In this document: positions 13,701-27,600 of the stretch, piece by piece | Position numbering within the stretch: the stretch's first letter is position 1 | Layout: each line of letters begins with the position of its first letter | Assembly: GCA_964276515.1 (NCBI GenBank) | Contig: OZ193909.1 | Location: 10,230,001 to 10,294,000 of the forward strand | Direction: 5' to 3' | Length of the DNA stretch: 64,000 nt | DNA from: Gordius albopunctatus | Taxonomy: Eukaryota | Program-made: the position numbers and the translations under genes | Notes under the pieces: model-generated | What the model saw: only the letters and a program-made list of their open reading frames with translations | What the model was told of the DNA's origin: nothing | Database searches by the model: none

Positions 13701-16700
13701 AGCTAATTTGAGATTCCTATTAATCTCGATCGACTCCTTATAAGAAGTTTTAAGCTGCGAGAACTATCATTTTGTTGAGAGACAACGTTATATTGCTGCG
13801 ATTAGTTTGTTTCATCGCGACGAGACTGCTGAATTTTTGAAACATGCTATATGCGATGATTATTTCAAAGTAATAGTTATCTAATTGTGATAAATTTTTA
13901 CTTCTTATCATGAAAATCACGTCTGAAAATAACAACTTTCATCGGATGAATATGGTTTAATGGAAATAATTTTAAATATTTTGAGCTGAAAAATATATTT
14001 TTTGTTATTTTATGTAAAAGAGCTTGAAAAAATATATAAAAGTAAGCTAATTTGAGATTCCTATTAATCTCGATCGACTCCTTATAAGAAGTTTTAAGCT
14101 GCGAGAACTATCATTTTGAGGAAAGACAACGTTATATTGTTGCGATTAGTTTGTTTCATCGCGACGAGAGTGCTGAATTTTTGAAACATGCTATATGCGA
14201 TGATTATTACATAGTAATAGTTATCTAATTGTGATAAATTTTTACTTCTTATCATGAAAATCACGTCTGAAAATAACAACTTTCATCGGATGAATATGGT
14301 TTAATGGAAATAATTTTAAATATTTTGAGAGAAAAATATATTTTTTGTTATTTTGTGTAAAAGAACTTGAAAAAATATATAAAAGTAAGCTAATTTGAGA
14401 TTCCTATTAATCTCGATCGACTCCTTATAAGAAGTTTTAAGCTGCGAGAACTATCATTTTGAGGAAAGACAACGTTATATTGTTGCGATTATCATCGCGA
14501 CGATAGTGCTGAATTTTTGAAACATGCTATATGCGATGATTATTTCAAAGTAATAGTTATCTAATTATGATAAATTTTTACTTCTTATCATGAAAATCAC
14601 GTCTGAAAATAACAACTTTCATCGGATGAATATGGTTTAATGGAAATAATTTTAAATATTTTGAGCTGAAAAATATATTTTTTGTTATTTTGTGTAAAAG
14701 AGCTTAAAAAAATATATAAAAGTATGCTAATTTGAGATTCCTATTAATCTCGATCGACTCCTTATAAGAAGTTTTAAGCTGCGAGAACTATCATTTTGAG
14801 GAAAGACAACGTTATATTGTTGCGATTAGTTTGTTTCATCGCGACGAGAGTGCTGAATTTTTGAAACATGCTATATGCGATGATTATTTCAAAGTAATAG
14901 TTATCTAATTGTGATAAATTTTTACTTCTTATCATGAAAATCACGTCTGAAAATAACAACTTTCATCGGATGAATATGGTTTAATGGAAATAATTTTAAA
15001 TATTTTGAGCTGAAAAATATATTTTTTGTTATTTTGTGTAAAAGAGCTTGAAAAAATATATAAAAGTATGCTAATTTGAGATTCATATTAATCTCAATCG
15101 ACTCCTTATAATAAGTTTTAAGCTGCGAGAACTATCATTTTGAGGAAAGACAACGTTATATTGTTGCGATTATCATCGCGACGAGAGTGCTGAATTTTTG
15201 AAACATACTATATGCGATGATTATTTCAAAGTAATAGTTATCTAATTGTGATAAATTTTTACTTCTTATCATGAAAATCACGTCTGAAAATAACAACTTT
15301 CATCGGATGAATATGGTTTAATGGAAACAATTTTAAATATTTTGAGCTGAAAAATATATTTTTTGTTATTTTGTGTAAAAGAGCTTGAAAAAATATATAA
15401 AAGTAAGCTAATTTGAGATTCCTATTAATCTCGATCGACTCCTTATAAGAAGTTTTAAGCTGCGAGAACTATCATTTTGTTGAGAGACAACGTTATATTG
15501 TTGCGATTAGTTTGTTTCATCGCGACGAGACTGCTGAATTTTTGAAACATGCTATATGCGATGATTATCTCAAAGTAATAGTTATCTAATTGTGATAAAT
15601 TTTTACTTCTTATCATGGAATACACGTCTGAAAATAACAACTTTCATCGGATGAATATGGTTTAATGGAAACAATTTTAAATATTTTTAGCTAAAAAAAT
15701 ATTTTTTTTGTTATTTTGTGTAAAAGAGCTTGAAAAAATATATAAAAGTAAGCTAATTTGAGATTCCTATTAATCTCGATCGACTCCTTATAAGAAGTTT
15801 TAAGCTGCGAGAACTATCATTTTGTTGAGAGACAACGTTATATTGTTGCGATTAGTTTGTTTCATCGCGACGAGAGTGCTGAATTTTTGAAACATGCTAT
15901 ATGCGATGATTATTTCAAAGTAATAGTTATCTAATTGTGATAAATTTTTACTTCTTATCATGAAAATCACGTCTGAAAATAACAACTTTCATCGGATGAA
16001 TATGGTTTAATGGAAATAATTTTAAATATTTTGAGCTGAAAAATATATTTTTTGTTATTTTGTGTAAAAGAGCTTGAAAAAATATATAAAAGTAAGCTAA
16101 TTTGAGATTCCTATTAATCTCGATCGACTCCTTATAAGAAGTTTTAAGCTGCGAGAACTATCATTTTGTTGAGAGACAACGTTATATTGTTGCGATTAGT
16201 TTGTTTCATCGCGACGAGACTGCTGAATTTTTGAAACATGCTATATGCGATGATTATCTCAAAGTAATAGTTATCTAATTGTGATAAATTTTTACTTCTT
16301 ATCATGGAATACACGTCTGAAAATAACAACTTTCATCGGATGAATATGGTTTAATGGAAACAATTTTAAATATTTTTAGCTAAAAAAATATTTTTTTTGT
16401 TATTTTGTGTAAAAGAGCTTGAAAAAATATATAAAAGTAAGCTAATTTGAGATTCCTATTAATCTCGATCGACTCCTTATAAGAAGTTTTAAGCTGCGAG
16501 AACTATCATTTTGAGGAAAGACAACGTTATATTGTTGCGATTATCATCGCGACGATAGTGCTGAATTTTTGAAACATGCTATATGCGATGATTATTTCAA
16601 AGTAATAGTTATCTAATTATGATAAATTTTTACTTCTTATCATGAAAATCACGTCTGAAAATAACAACTTTCATCGGATGAATATGGTTTAATGGAAATA

Positions 16701-19700
16701 ATTTTAAATATTTTGAGCTGAAAAATATATTTTTTGTTATTTTGTGTAAAAGAGCTTGAAAAAATATATAAAAGTATGCTAATTTGAGATTCCTATTAAT
16801 CTCGATCGACTCCTTATAATAAGTTTTAAGCTGCGAGAACTATTATTTTGAGGAAAGACAACGTTATATTGTTGCAATTAGTTTGTTTCATCGCGACGAG
16901 AGTGCTGAATTTTTGAAACATGCTATATGCGATGATTATTTCAAAGTAATAGTTATCTAATTGTGATAAATTTTTACTTCTTATCATGAAAATCACGTCT
17001 GAAAATAACAACTTTCATCGGATCAATATGTGTTAATGGAAATAATTTTTAATATTTTGAGCTGAAAAATATATTTTTTGTTATTTTATGTAAAAGAGCT
17101 TGAAAAAATATATAAAACTAAGCTAATTTGAGATTCCTATTAATCTCGATCGACTCCTTATAAGAAGTTTTAAGCTGCGAGAACTATCATTTTGAGGAAA
17201 GACAACGTTATATTGTTGCGATTAGTTTGTTTCATCGCGACGAGAGTGCTGAATTTTTGAAACATGCTATATGCGATGATTATTTCAAAGTAATAGTTAT
17301 CTAATTGTGATAAATTTTTACTTCTTATCATGAAAATCACGTCTGAAAATAACAACTTTCATCGGATGAATATGGTTTAATGGAAACAATTTTAAATATT
17401 TTTAGCTAAAAAAATATTTTTTTTGTTATTTTATGTAAAAGAGCTTGAAAAAATATATAAAAGTAAGCTAATTTGAGATTCCTATTAATCTCGATCGACT
17501 CCTTATAAGAAGTTTTAAGCTGCGAGAACTATCATTTTGAGGAAAGACAACGTTATATTGTTGCGATTAATTTGTTTCATCGCGACGAGAGTGCTGAATT
17601 TTTGAAACATGCTATATGCGATGATTATTTCAAAGTAATAGTTATCTAATTGTGATAAATTTTTACTTCTTATCATGAAAATCACGTCTGAAAATAACAA
17701 CTTTCATCGGATGAATATGGTTTAATGGAAATAATTTTAAATATTTTGAGCTGAAAAATATATTTTTTGTTATTTTATGTAAAAGAGCTTGAAAAAATAT
17801 ATAAAAGTAAGCTAATTTGAGATTCCTATTAATCTCGATCGACTCCTTATAAGAAGTTTTAAGCTGCGAGAACTATCATTTTGAGGAAAGACAACGTTAT
17901 ATTGTTGCGATTAGTTTGTTTCATCGCGACGAGTGTGCTGAATTTTTGAAACATGCTATATGCGATGATTATTTCAAAGTAATAGTTATCTAATTGTGAT
18001 AAATTTTTACTTCTTATCATGAAAATCACGTCTGAAAATAACAACTTTCATCGGATGAATATGGTTTAATGGAAATAATTTTAAATATTTTGAGCTGAAA
18101 AATATATTTTTTGTTATTTTATGTAAAAGAGCTTGAAAAAATATATAAAAGTAAGCTAATTTGAGATTCCTATTAATCTCGATCGACTCCTTATAAGAAG
18201 TTTTAAGCTGCGAGAACTATCATTTTGAGGAAAGACAACGTTATATTGTTGCGATTAGTTTGTTTCATCGCGACGAGAGTGCTGAATTTTTGAAACATGC
18301 TATATGCGATGATTATTTCAAAGTAATAGTTATCTAATTGTGATAAATTTTTACTTCTTATCATGAAAATCACGTCTGAAAATAACAACTTTCATCGGAT
18401 GAATATGGTTTAATGGAAATAATTTTAAATATTTTGAGAGAAAAATATATTTTTTGTTATTTTGTGTAAAAGAGCTTGAAAAAATATATAAAAGTAAGCT
18501 AATTTGAGATTCCTATTAATCTCGATCGACTCCTTATAAGAAGTTTTAAGCTGCGAGAACTATCATTTTGAGGAAAGACAACGTTATATTGTTGCGATTA
18601 TCATCGCGACGATAGTGCTGAATTTTTGAAACATGCTATATGCGATGATTATTTCAAAGTAATAGTTATCTAATTATGATAAATTTTTACTTCTTATCAT
18701 GAAAATCACGTCTGAAAATAACAACTTTCATCGGATGAATATGGTTTAATGGAAATAATTTTAAATATTTTGAGCTGAAAAATATATTTTTTGTTATTTT
18801 GTGTAAAAGAGCTTGAAAAAATATATAAAAGTATGCTAATTTGAGATTCCTATTAATCTCGATCGACTCCTAATAATAAGTTTTAAGCTGCGAGAACTAT
18901 TATTTTGAGGAAAGACAACGTTATATTGTTGCAATTAGTTTGTTTCATCGCGACGAGAGTGCTGAATTTTTGAAACATGCTATATGCGATGATTATTTCA
19001 AAGTAATAGTTATCTAATTGTGATAAATTTTTACTTCTTATCATGAAAATCACGTCTGAAAATAACAACTTTCATCGGATGAATATGGTTTAATGGAAAC
19101 AATTTTAAATATTTTTAGCTAAAAAAATAATTTTTTTGTTATTTTATGTAAAAGAGCTTGAAAAAATATATAAAAGTAAGCTAATTTGAGATTCCTATTA
19201 ATCTCGATCGACTCCTTATAATAAGTTTTAAGCTGCGAGAACTATCATTTTGAGGAAAGACAACGTTATATTGTTGCGATTAATTTGTTTCATCGCGACG
19301 AGAGTGCTGAATTTTTGAAACATGCTATATGCGATGATTATTTCAAAGTAATAGTTATCTAATTGTGATAAATTTTTACTTCTTATCATGAAAATCACGT
19401 CTGAAAATAACAACTTTCATCGGATGAATATGGTTTAATGGAAATAATTTTAAATATTTTGAGCTGAAAAATATATTTTTTGTTATTTTATGTAAAAGAG
19501 CTTGAAAAAATATATAAAAGTAAGCTAATTTGAGATTCCTATTAATCTCGATCGACTCCTTATAAGAAGTTTTAAGCTGCGAGAACTATCATTTTGAGGA
19601 AAGACAACGTTATATTGTTGCGATTAGTTTGTTTCATCGCGACGAGAGTGCTGAATTTTTGAAACATGCTATATGCGATGATTATTTCAAAGTAATAGTT

Positions 19701-22700
19701 ATCTAATTGTGATAAATTTTTACTTCTTATCATGAAAATCACGTCTGAAAATAACAACTTTCATCGGATGAATATGGTTTAATGGAAATAATTTTAAATA
19801 TTTTGAGAGAAAAATATATTTTTTGTTATTTTGTGTAAAAGAGCTTGAAAAAATATATAAAAGTAAGCTAATTTGAGATTCCTATTAATCTCGATCGACT
19901 CCTTATAAGAAGTTTTAAGCTGCGAGAACTATCATTTTGAGGAAAGACAACGTTATATTGTTGCGATTATCATCGCGACGATAGTGCTGAATTTTTGAAA
20001 CATGCTATATGCGATGATTATTTCAAAGTAATAGTTATCTAATTATGATAAATTTTTACTTCTTATCATGAAAATCACGTCTGAAAATAACAACTTTCAT
20101 CGGATGAATATGGTTTAATGGAAATAATTTTAAATATTTTGAGCTGAAAAATATATTTTTTGTTATTTTGTGTAAAAGAGCTTGAAAAAATATATAAAAG
20201 TATGCTAATTTGAGATTCCTATTAATCTCGATCGACTCCTTATAATAAGTTTTAAGCTGCGAGAACTATTATTTTGAGGAAAGACAACGTTATATTGTTG
20301 CAATTAGTTTGTTTCATCGCGACGAGAGTGCTGAATTTTTGAAACATGCTATATGCGATGATTATTTCAAAGTAATAGTTATCTAATTGTGATAAATTTT
20401 TACTTCTTATCATGAAAATCACGTCTGAAAATAACAACTTTCATCGGATGAATATGGTTTAATGGAAACAATTTTAAATATTTTTAGCTAAAAAAATATT
20501 TTTTTTGTTATTTTATGTAAAAGAGCTTGAAAAAATATATAAAAGTAAGCTAATTTGAGATTCCTATTAATCTCGATCGACTCCTTATAAGAAGTTTTAA
20601 GCTGCGAGAACTATCATTTTGTTGAGAGACAACGTTATATTGTTGCGATTAGTTTGTTTCATCGCGACGAGACTGCTGAATTTTTGAAACATGCTATATG
20701 CGATGATTATCTTAAAGTAATAGTTATCTAATTGTGATAAATTTTTACTTCTTATCATGGAATACACGTCTGAAATTAAAAACTTTCATCGGATGAATAT
20801 GGTTTAATGGAAACAATTTTAAATATTTTTAGCTAAAAAAATATTTTTTTTGTTATTTTATGTAAAAGAGCTTGAAAAAATATAAAAAAGTAAGCTAATT
20901 TGAGATTCCTATTAATCTCGATCGACTCCTTATAAGAAGTTTTAAGCTGCGAGAACTATCATTTTGTTGAGAGACAACGTTATATTGCTGCGATTAGTTT
21001 GTTTCATCGCGACGAGACTGCTGAATTTTTGAAACATGCTATATGCGATGATTATTTCAAAGTAATAGTTATCTAATTGTGATAAATTTTTACTTCTTAT
21101 CATGAAAATCACGTCTGAAAATAACAACTTTCATCGGATGAATATGGTTTAATGGAAATAATTTTAAATATTTTGAGCTGAAAAATATATTTTTTGTTAT
21201 TTTATGTAAAAGAGCTTGAAAAAATATATAAAAGTAAGCTAATTTGAGATTCCTATTAATCTCGATCGACTCCTTATAAGAAGTTTTAAGCTGCGAGAAC
21301 TATCATTTTGAGGAAAGACAACGTTATATTGTTGCGATTAGTTTGTTTCATCGCGACGAGAGTGCTGAATTTTTGAAACATGCTATATGCGATGATTATT
21401 ACATAGTAATAGTTATCTAATTGTGATAAATTTTTACTTCTTATCATGAAAATCACGTCTGAAAATAACAACTTTCATCGGATGAATATGGTTTAATGGA
21501 AATAATTTTAAATATTTTGAGAGAAAAATATATTTTTTGTTATTTTGTGTAAAAGAGCTTGAAAAAATATATAAAAGTAAGCTAATTTGAGATTCCTATT
21601 AATCTCGATCGACTCCTTATAAGAAGTTTTAAGCTGCGAGAACTATCATTTTGAGGAAAGACAACGTTATATTGTTGCGATTATCATCGCGACGATAGTG
21701 CTGAATTTTTGAAACATGCTATATGCGATGATTATTTCAAAGTAATAGTTATCTAATTATGATAAATTTTTACTTCTTATCATGAAAATCACGTCTGAAA
21801 ATAACAACTTTCATCGGATGAATATGGTTTAATGGAAATAATTTTAAATATTTTGAGCTGAAAAATATATTTTTTGTTATTTTGTGTAAAAGAGCTTAAA
21901 AAAATATATAAAAGTATGCTAATTTGAGATTCCTATTAATCTCGATCGACTCCTTATAAGAAGTTTTAAGCTGCGAGAACTATCATTTTGAGGAAAGACA
22001 ACGTTATATTGTTGCGATTAGTTTGTTTCATCGCGACGAGAGTGCTGAATTTTTGAAACATGCTATATGCGATGATTATTTCAAAGTAATAGTTATCTAA
22101 TTGTGATAAATTTTTACTTCTTATCATGAAAATCACGTCTGAAAATAACAACTTTCATCGGATGAATATGGTTTAATGGAAATAATTTTAAATATTTTGA
22201 GCTGAAAAATATATTTTTTGTTATTTTGTGTAAAAGAGCTTGAAAAAATATATAAAAGTATGCTAATTTGAGATTCATATTAATCTCAATCGACTCCTTA
22301 TAATAAGTTTTAAGCTGCGAGAACTATCATTTTGAGGAAAGACAACGTTATATTGTTGCGATTATCATCGCGACGAGAGTGCTGAATTTTTGAAACATAC
22401 TATATGCGATGATTATTTCAAAGTAATAGTTATCTAATTGTGATAAATTTTTACTTCTTATCATGAAAATCACGTCTGAAAATAACAACTTTCATCGGAT
22501 GAATATGGTTTAATGGAAACAATTTTAAATATTTTTAGCTAAAAAAATATTTTTTTTGTTATTTTATGTAAAAGAGCTTGAAAAAATATATAAAAGTAAG
22601 CTAATTTGAGATTCCTATTAATCTCGATCGACTCCTTATAAGAAGTTTTAAGCTGCGAGAACTATCATTTTGTTGAGAGACAACGTTATATTGTTGCGAT

Positions 22701-24590
22701 TAGTTTGTTTCATCGCGACGAGACTGCTGAATTTTTGAAACATGCTATATGCGATGATTATCTCAAAGTAATAGTTATCTAATTGTGATAAATTTTTACT
22801 TCTTATCATGGAATACACGTCTGAAAATAACAACTTTCATCGGATGAATATGGTTTAATGGAAACAATTTTAAATATTTTTAGCTAAAAAAATATTTTTT
22901 TTGTTATTTTGTGTAAAAGAGCTTGAAAAAATATATAAAAGTAAGCTAATTTGAGATTCCTATTAATCTCGATCGACTCCTTATAAGAAGTTTTAAGCTG
23001 CGAGAACTATCATTTTGAGGAAAGACAACGTTATATTGTTGCGATTATCATCGCGACGATAGTGCTGAATTTTTGAAACATGCTATATGCGATGATTATT
23101 TCAAAGTAATAGTTATCTAATTATGATAAATTTTTACTTCTTATCATGAAAATCACGTCTGAAAATAACAACTTTCATCGGATGAATATGGTTTAATGGA
23201 AATAATTTTAAATATTTTGAGCTGAAAAATATATTTTTTGTTATTTTGTGTAAAAGAGCTTGAAAAAATATATAAAAGTATGCTAATTTGAGATTCCTAT
23301 TAATCTCGATCGACTCCTTATAATAAGTTTTAAGCTGCGAGAACTATTATTTTGAGGAAAGACAACGTTATATTGTTGCAATTAGTTTGTTTCATCGCGA
23401 CGAGAGTGCTGAATTTTTGAAACATGCTATATGCGATGATTATTTCAAAGTAATAGTTATCTAATTGTGATAAATTTTTACTTCTTATCATGAAAATCAC
23501 GTCTGAAAATAACAACTTTCATCGGATCAATATGTGTTAATGGAAATAATTTTTAATATTTTGAGCTGAAAAATATATTTTTTGTTATTTTATGTAAAAG
23601 AGCTTGAAAAAATATATAAAACTAAGCTAATTTGAGATTCCTATTAATCTCGATCGACTCCTTATAAGAAGTTTTAAGCTGCGAGAACTATCATTTTGAG
23701 GAAAGACAACGTTATATTGTTGCGATTAGTTTGTTTCATCGCGACGAGAGTGCTGAATTTTTGAAACATGCTATATGCGATGATTATTTCAAAGTAATAG
23801 TTATCTAATTGTGATAAATTTTTACTTCTTATCATGAAAATCACGTCTGAAAATAACAACTTTCATCGGATGAATATGGTTTAATGGAAACAATTTTAAA
23901 TATTTTTAGCTAAAAAAATATTTTTTTTGTTATTTTATGTAAAAGAGCTTGAAAAAATATATAAAAGTAAGCTAATTTGAGATTCCTATTAATCTCGATC
24001 GACTCCTTATAAGAAGTTTTAAGCTGCGAGAACTATCATTTTGAGGAAAGACAACGTTATATTGTTGCGATTAATTTGTTTCATCGCGACGAGAGTGCTG
24101 AATTTTTGAAACATGCTATATGCGATGATTATTTCAAAGTAATAGTTATCTAATTGTGATAAATTTTTACTTCTTATCATGAAAATCACGTCTGAAAATA
24201 ACAACTTTCATCGGATGAATATGGTTTAATGGAAATAATTTTAAATATTTTGAGCTGAAAAATATATTTTTTGTTATTTTATGTAAAAGAGCTTGAAAAA
24301 ATATATAAAAGTAAGCTAATTTGAGATTCCTATTAATCTCGATCGACTCCTTATAAGAAGTTTTAAGCTGCGAGAACTATCATTTTGAGGAAAGACAACG
24401 TTATATTGTTGCGATTAGTTTGTTTCATCGCGACGAGTGTGCTGAATTTTTGAAACATGCTATATGCGATGATTATTTCAAAGTAATAGTTATCTAATTG
24501 TGATAAATTTTTAGTTCTTATCATGAAAATCACGTCTGAAAATAACAACTTTCATCGGATGAATATGGTTTAATGGAAATAATTTTAAAT
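10800..24590. repeat. Tandem duplication of a 21-monomer block (offset 7192 bp), second copy two monomers shorter (later offset 6504 bp)
   Basis: Offset 7192: 11011/18203, 11691/18883, 12036/19228, 13750/20942, 14094/21286 (rare TTACATAGT allele), 14774/21966. Offset 6504: 16144/22648, 16826/23330, 17515/24019, 17859/24363 (rare GAGTGTGCT allele). Confidence 0.85.
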
Positions 24591-24650
24591 ATTTTGAGAG
24601 AAAAATATATTTTTTGTTATTTTGTGTAAAAGAGCTTGAAAAAATATATA

Positions 24651-27600
24651 AAAGTAAGCTAATTTGAGATTCATATTAATCTCGATCGACTCCTTATAAG
24701 AAGTTTTAAGCTGCGAGAACTATCATTTTGAGGAAAGACAACGTTATATTGTTGCGATTAGTTTGTTTCATCGCGACTAGAGTGCTGAATTTTTGAAACA
24801 TGCTATATGCGATGATTATTTCAAAGTAATAGTTATCTAATTGTGATAAATTTTTACTTCTTATGATGGAATACACGTCTGAAAATAACAACTTTCTTCG
24901 GATGAATATGGTTTAATGGAAATAATTTTAAATATTTTGAGCTAAAAAACGATATTTTTTGTTATTTTATGTAAAAGAGCTTGAAAAAATATGTAAAAGT
25001 AAGCTAATTTGAGATTCATATTAATCTCGATCGACTCCTTATAAGAAGTTTTAATCTGCGAAAACTATTATTTTGAGGAAAGACAACGTTATATTGTTGC
25101 GATTAGTTTGTTTCATCACGACGAGAGTGCTGAATTTTTGAAACATGTTATATGCGATGATTATTTCAAAGTAATAGTTATCTAATTGTGATAAATTTTT
25201 ACTTCTTATCATGAAAATCACGTCTGAAAATAACAACTTTCATCGGATGAATATGGTTTAATGGAAATAATTTTAAATATTTTGAGCTGAAAAATATATT
25301 TTTTGTTATTTTGTGTAAAAGAGCTTGAAAAAATATATAAAAGTAAGCTAATTTTAGATTCCTATTGATCTCGATCGACTCCTTATAAGAAGTTTTAATC
25401 TGCGAAAACTATCATTTTGAGGAAAGACAACGTTATATTGTTGCGATTAGTTTGTTTCATCGCGACGAGAGTGCTGGATTTTTGAAACATGCTATATGCG
25501 ATGATTATTTCAAAGTAATAGTTATCTAATTGTGATAAATTTTTACTTCTTATCATGAAAATCACGTCTGAAAATAACAACTTTCATCGGATGAATATGG
25601 TTTAATGGAAATAATTTTAAATATTTTGAGCTGAAAAATATATTTTTTGTTATTTTGTGTAAAAGAGCTTGAAAAAATATGTAAAAGTAAGCTAATTTGA
25701 GATTCATATTAATCTCGATCGACTCCTTATAAGAAGTTTTAATCTGCGAGTACTATCATTTTGAGGAAAGACAACGTTATATTGTTGCGATTAGTTTGTT
25801 TCATCGCGACGAGAGTGCTGAATTTTTGAAACATGCTATATGCGATGATTATTTCAAAGTAATAGTTATCTAATTGTGATAAATTTTTACTTCTTATGAT
25901 GGAATACACGTCTGAAAATAACAACTTTCTTCGGATGAATATGGTTTAATGGAAATAATTTTAAATATTTTGAGCTAAAAAACGATATTTTTTGTTATTT
26001 TATGTAAAAGAGCTTGAAAAAATATGTAAAAGTAAGCTAATTTGAGATTCATATTAATCTCGATCGACTCCTTATAAGAAGTTTAAATCTGCGAAAACTA
26101 TTATTTTGAGGAAAGACAACGTTATATTGTTGCGATTAGTTTGTTTCATCGCGACGAGAGTGCTGAATTTTTGAAACATGTTATATGCGATGATTATTTC
26201 AAAGTAATAGTTATCTAATTGTGATAAATTTTTACTTCTTATCATGAAAATCACGTCTGAAAATAACAACTTTCATCGGATGAATATGGTTTAATGGAAA
26301 TAATTTTAAATATTTTGAGCTGAAAAATATATTTTTTGTTATTTTGTGTAAAAGAGCCTGAAAAAATATATAAAAGTATGCTAATTTGAGATTCCTATTA
26401 ATCTCGATCGACTCCTTATAAGAAGTTTTAAGCTGCGAGTACTATCATTTTGAGGAAAGACAACGTTATATTGTTGCGATTAGTTTGTTTCATCGCGACG
26501 AGAGTGCTGAATTTTTGAAACATGCTATATGCGATGATTATTTCAAAGTAATAGTTATCTAATTGTGATAAATTTTTACTTCTTATCATGAAAATCACGT
26601 CTGAAAATAACAACTTTCATCGGATGAATATGGTTTAATGGAAATAATTTTAAATATTTTGAGCTGAAAAATATATTTTTTGTTATTTTGTGTAAAAGAG
26701 CTTGAAAAAATATATAAAAGTATGCTAATTTGAGATTCATATTAATCTCGATCGACTCCTTATAAGAAGTTTTAAGCTGCGAGAACTATCATTTTGAGGA
26801 AAGACAACGTTATATTGTTGCGATTAGTTTGTTTCATCGCGACGAGACTGCTGAATTTTTGAAACATGCTATATGCGATGATTATTTCAAAGTAATAGTT
26901 ATCTAATTGTGATAAATTTTTACTTCTTATCATGAAAATCACGTCTGAAAATAACAACTTTCATCGGATGAATATGGTTTAATGGAAATAATTTTAAATA
27001 TTTTGAGCTGAAAAATATATTTTTTGTTATTTTGTGTAAAAGAGCTTGAAAAAATATATAAAAGTAAGCTAATTTTAGATTCCTATTGATCTCGATCGAC
27101 TCCTTATAAGAAGTTTTAAGCTGCGAGAACTATCATTTTGAGGAAAGACAACGTTATATTGTTGCGATTAGTTTGTTTCATCGCGACGAGAGTGCTGAAT
27201 TTTTGAAACATGCTATATGCGATGATTATTTCAAAGTAATAGTTATCTAATTGTGATAAATTTTTACTTCTTATCATGAAAATCACGTCTGAAAATTACA
27301 ACTTTCATCGGATGAATATGGTTTAATGGAAATAATTTTAAATATTTTGAGCTAAAAAACGATATTTTTTGTTATTTTATGTAAAAGAGCTTGAAAAAAT
27401 ATGTAAAAGTAAGCTAATTTGAGATTCATATTAATCTCGATCGACTCCTTATAAGAAGTTTTAATCTGCGAAAACTATTATTTTGAGGAAAGACAACGTT
27501 ATATTGTTGCGATTAGTTTGTTTCATCGCGACGAGAGTGCTGAATTTTTGAAACATGTTATATGCGATGATTATTTCAAAGTAATAGTTATCTAATTGTG

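Larger units (their letters stand above)
1..24650. repeat. Sub-domain I: length-heterogeneous monomers (337/343/344/345 bp)
   Basis: Variants seen only here: TTTTGTTGAGAGAC (vs TTTTGAGGAAAGAC; last ~22670), 7-bp deletion GCGATTA^TCATCG (last ~23047), GAAACAATTTT...TTAGCTAAAAAAA (last ~23890-23920), TTTGAGAGAAAAA (last ~24600), TTGCAATTAG. Confidence 0.85.

Noticed and set aside
24896..24912. CENP-B-box-like motif in the CTTCGGATGAATATGG allele
   Set aside because: It matches only 7 of the 9 core positions of TTCGnnnnAnnCGGG, lacks the second CpG, and occurs in a minority of monomers.
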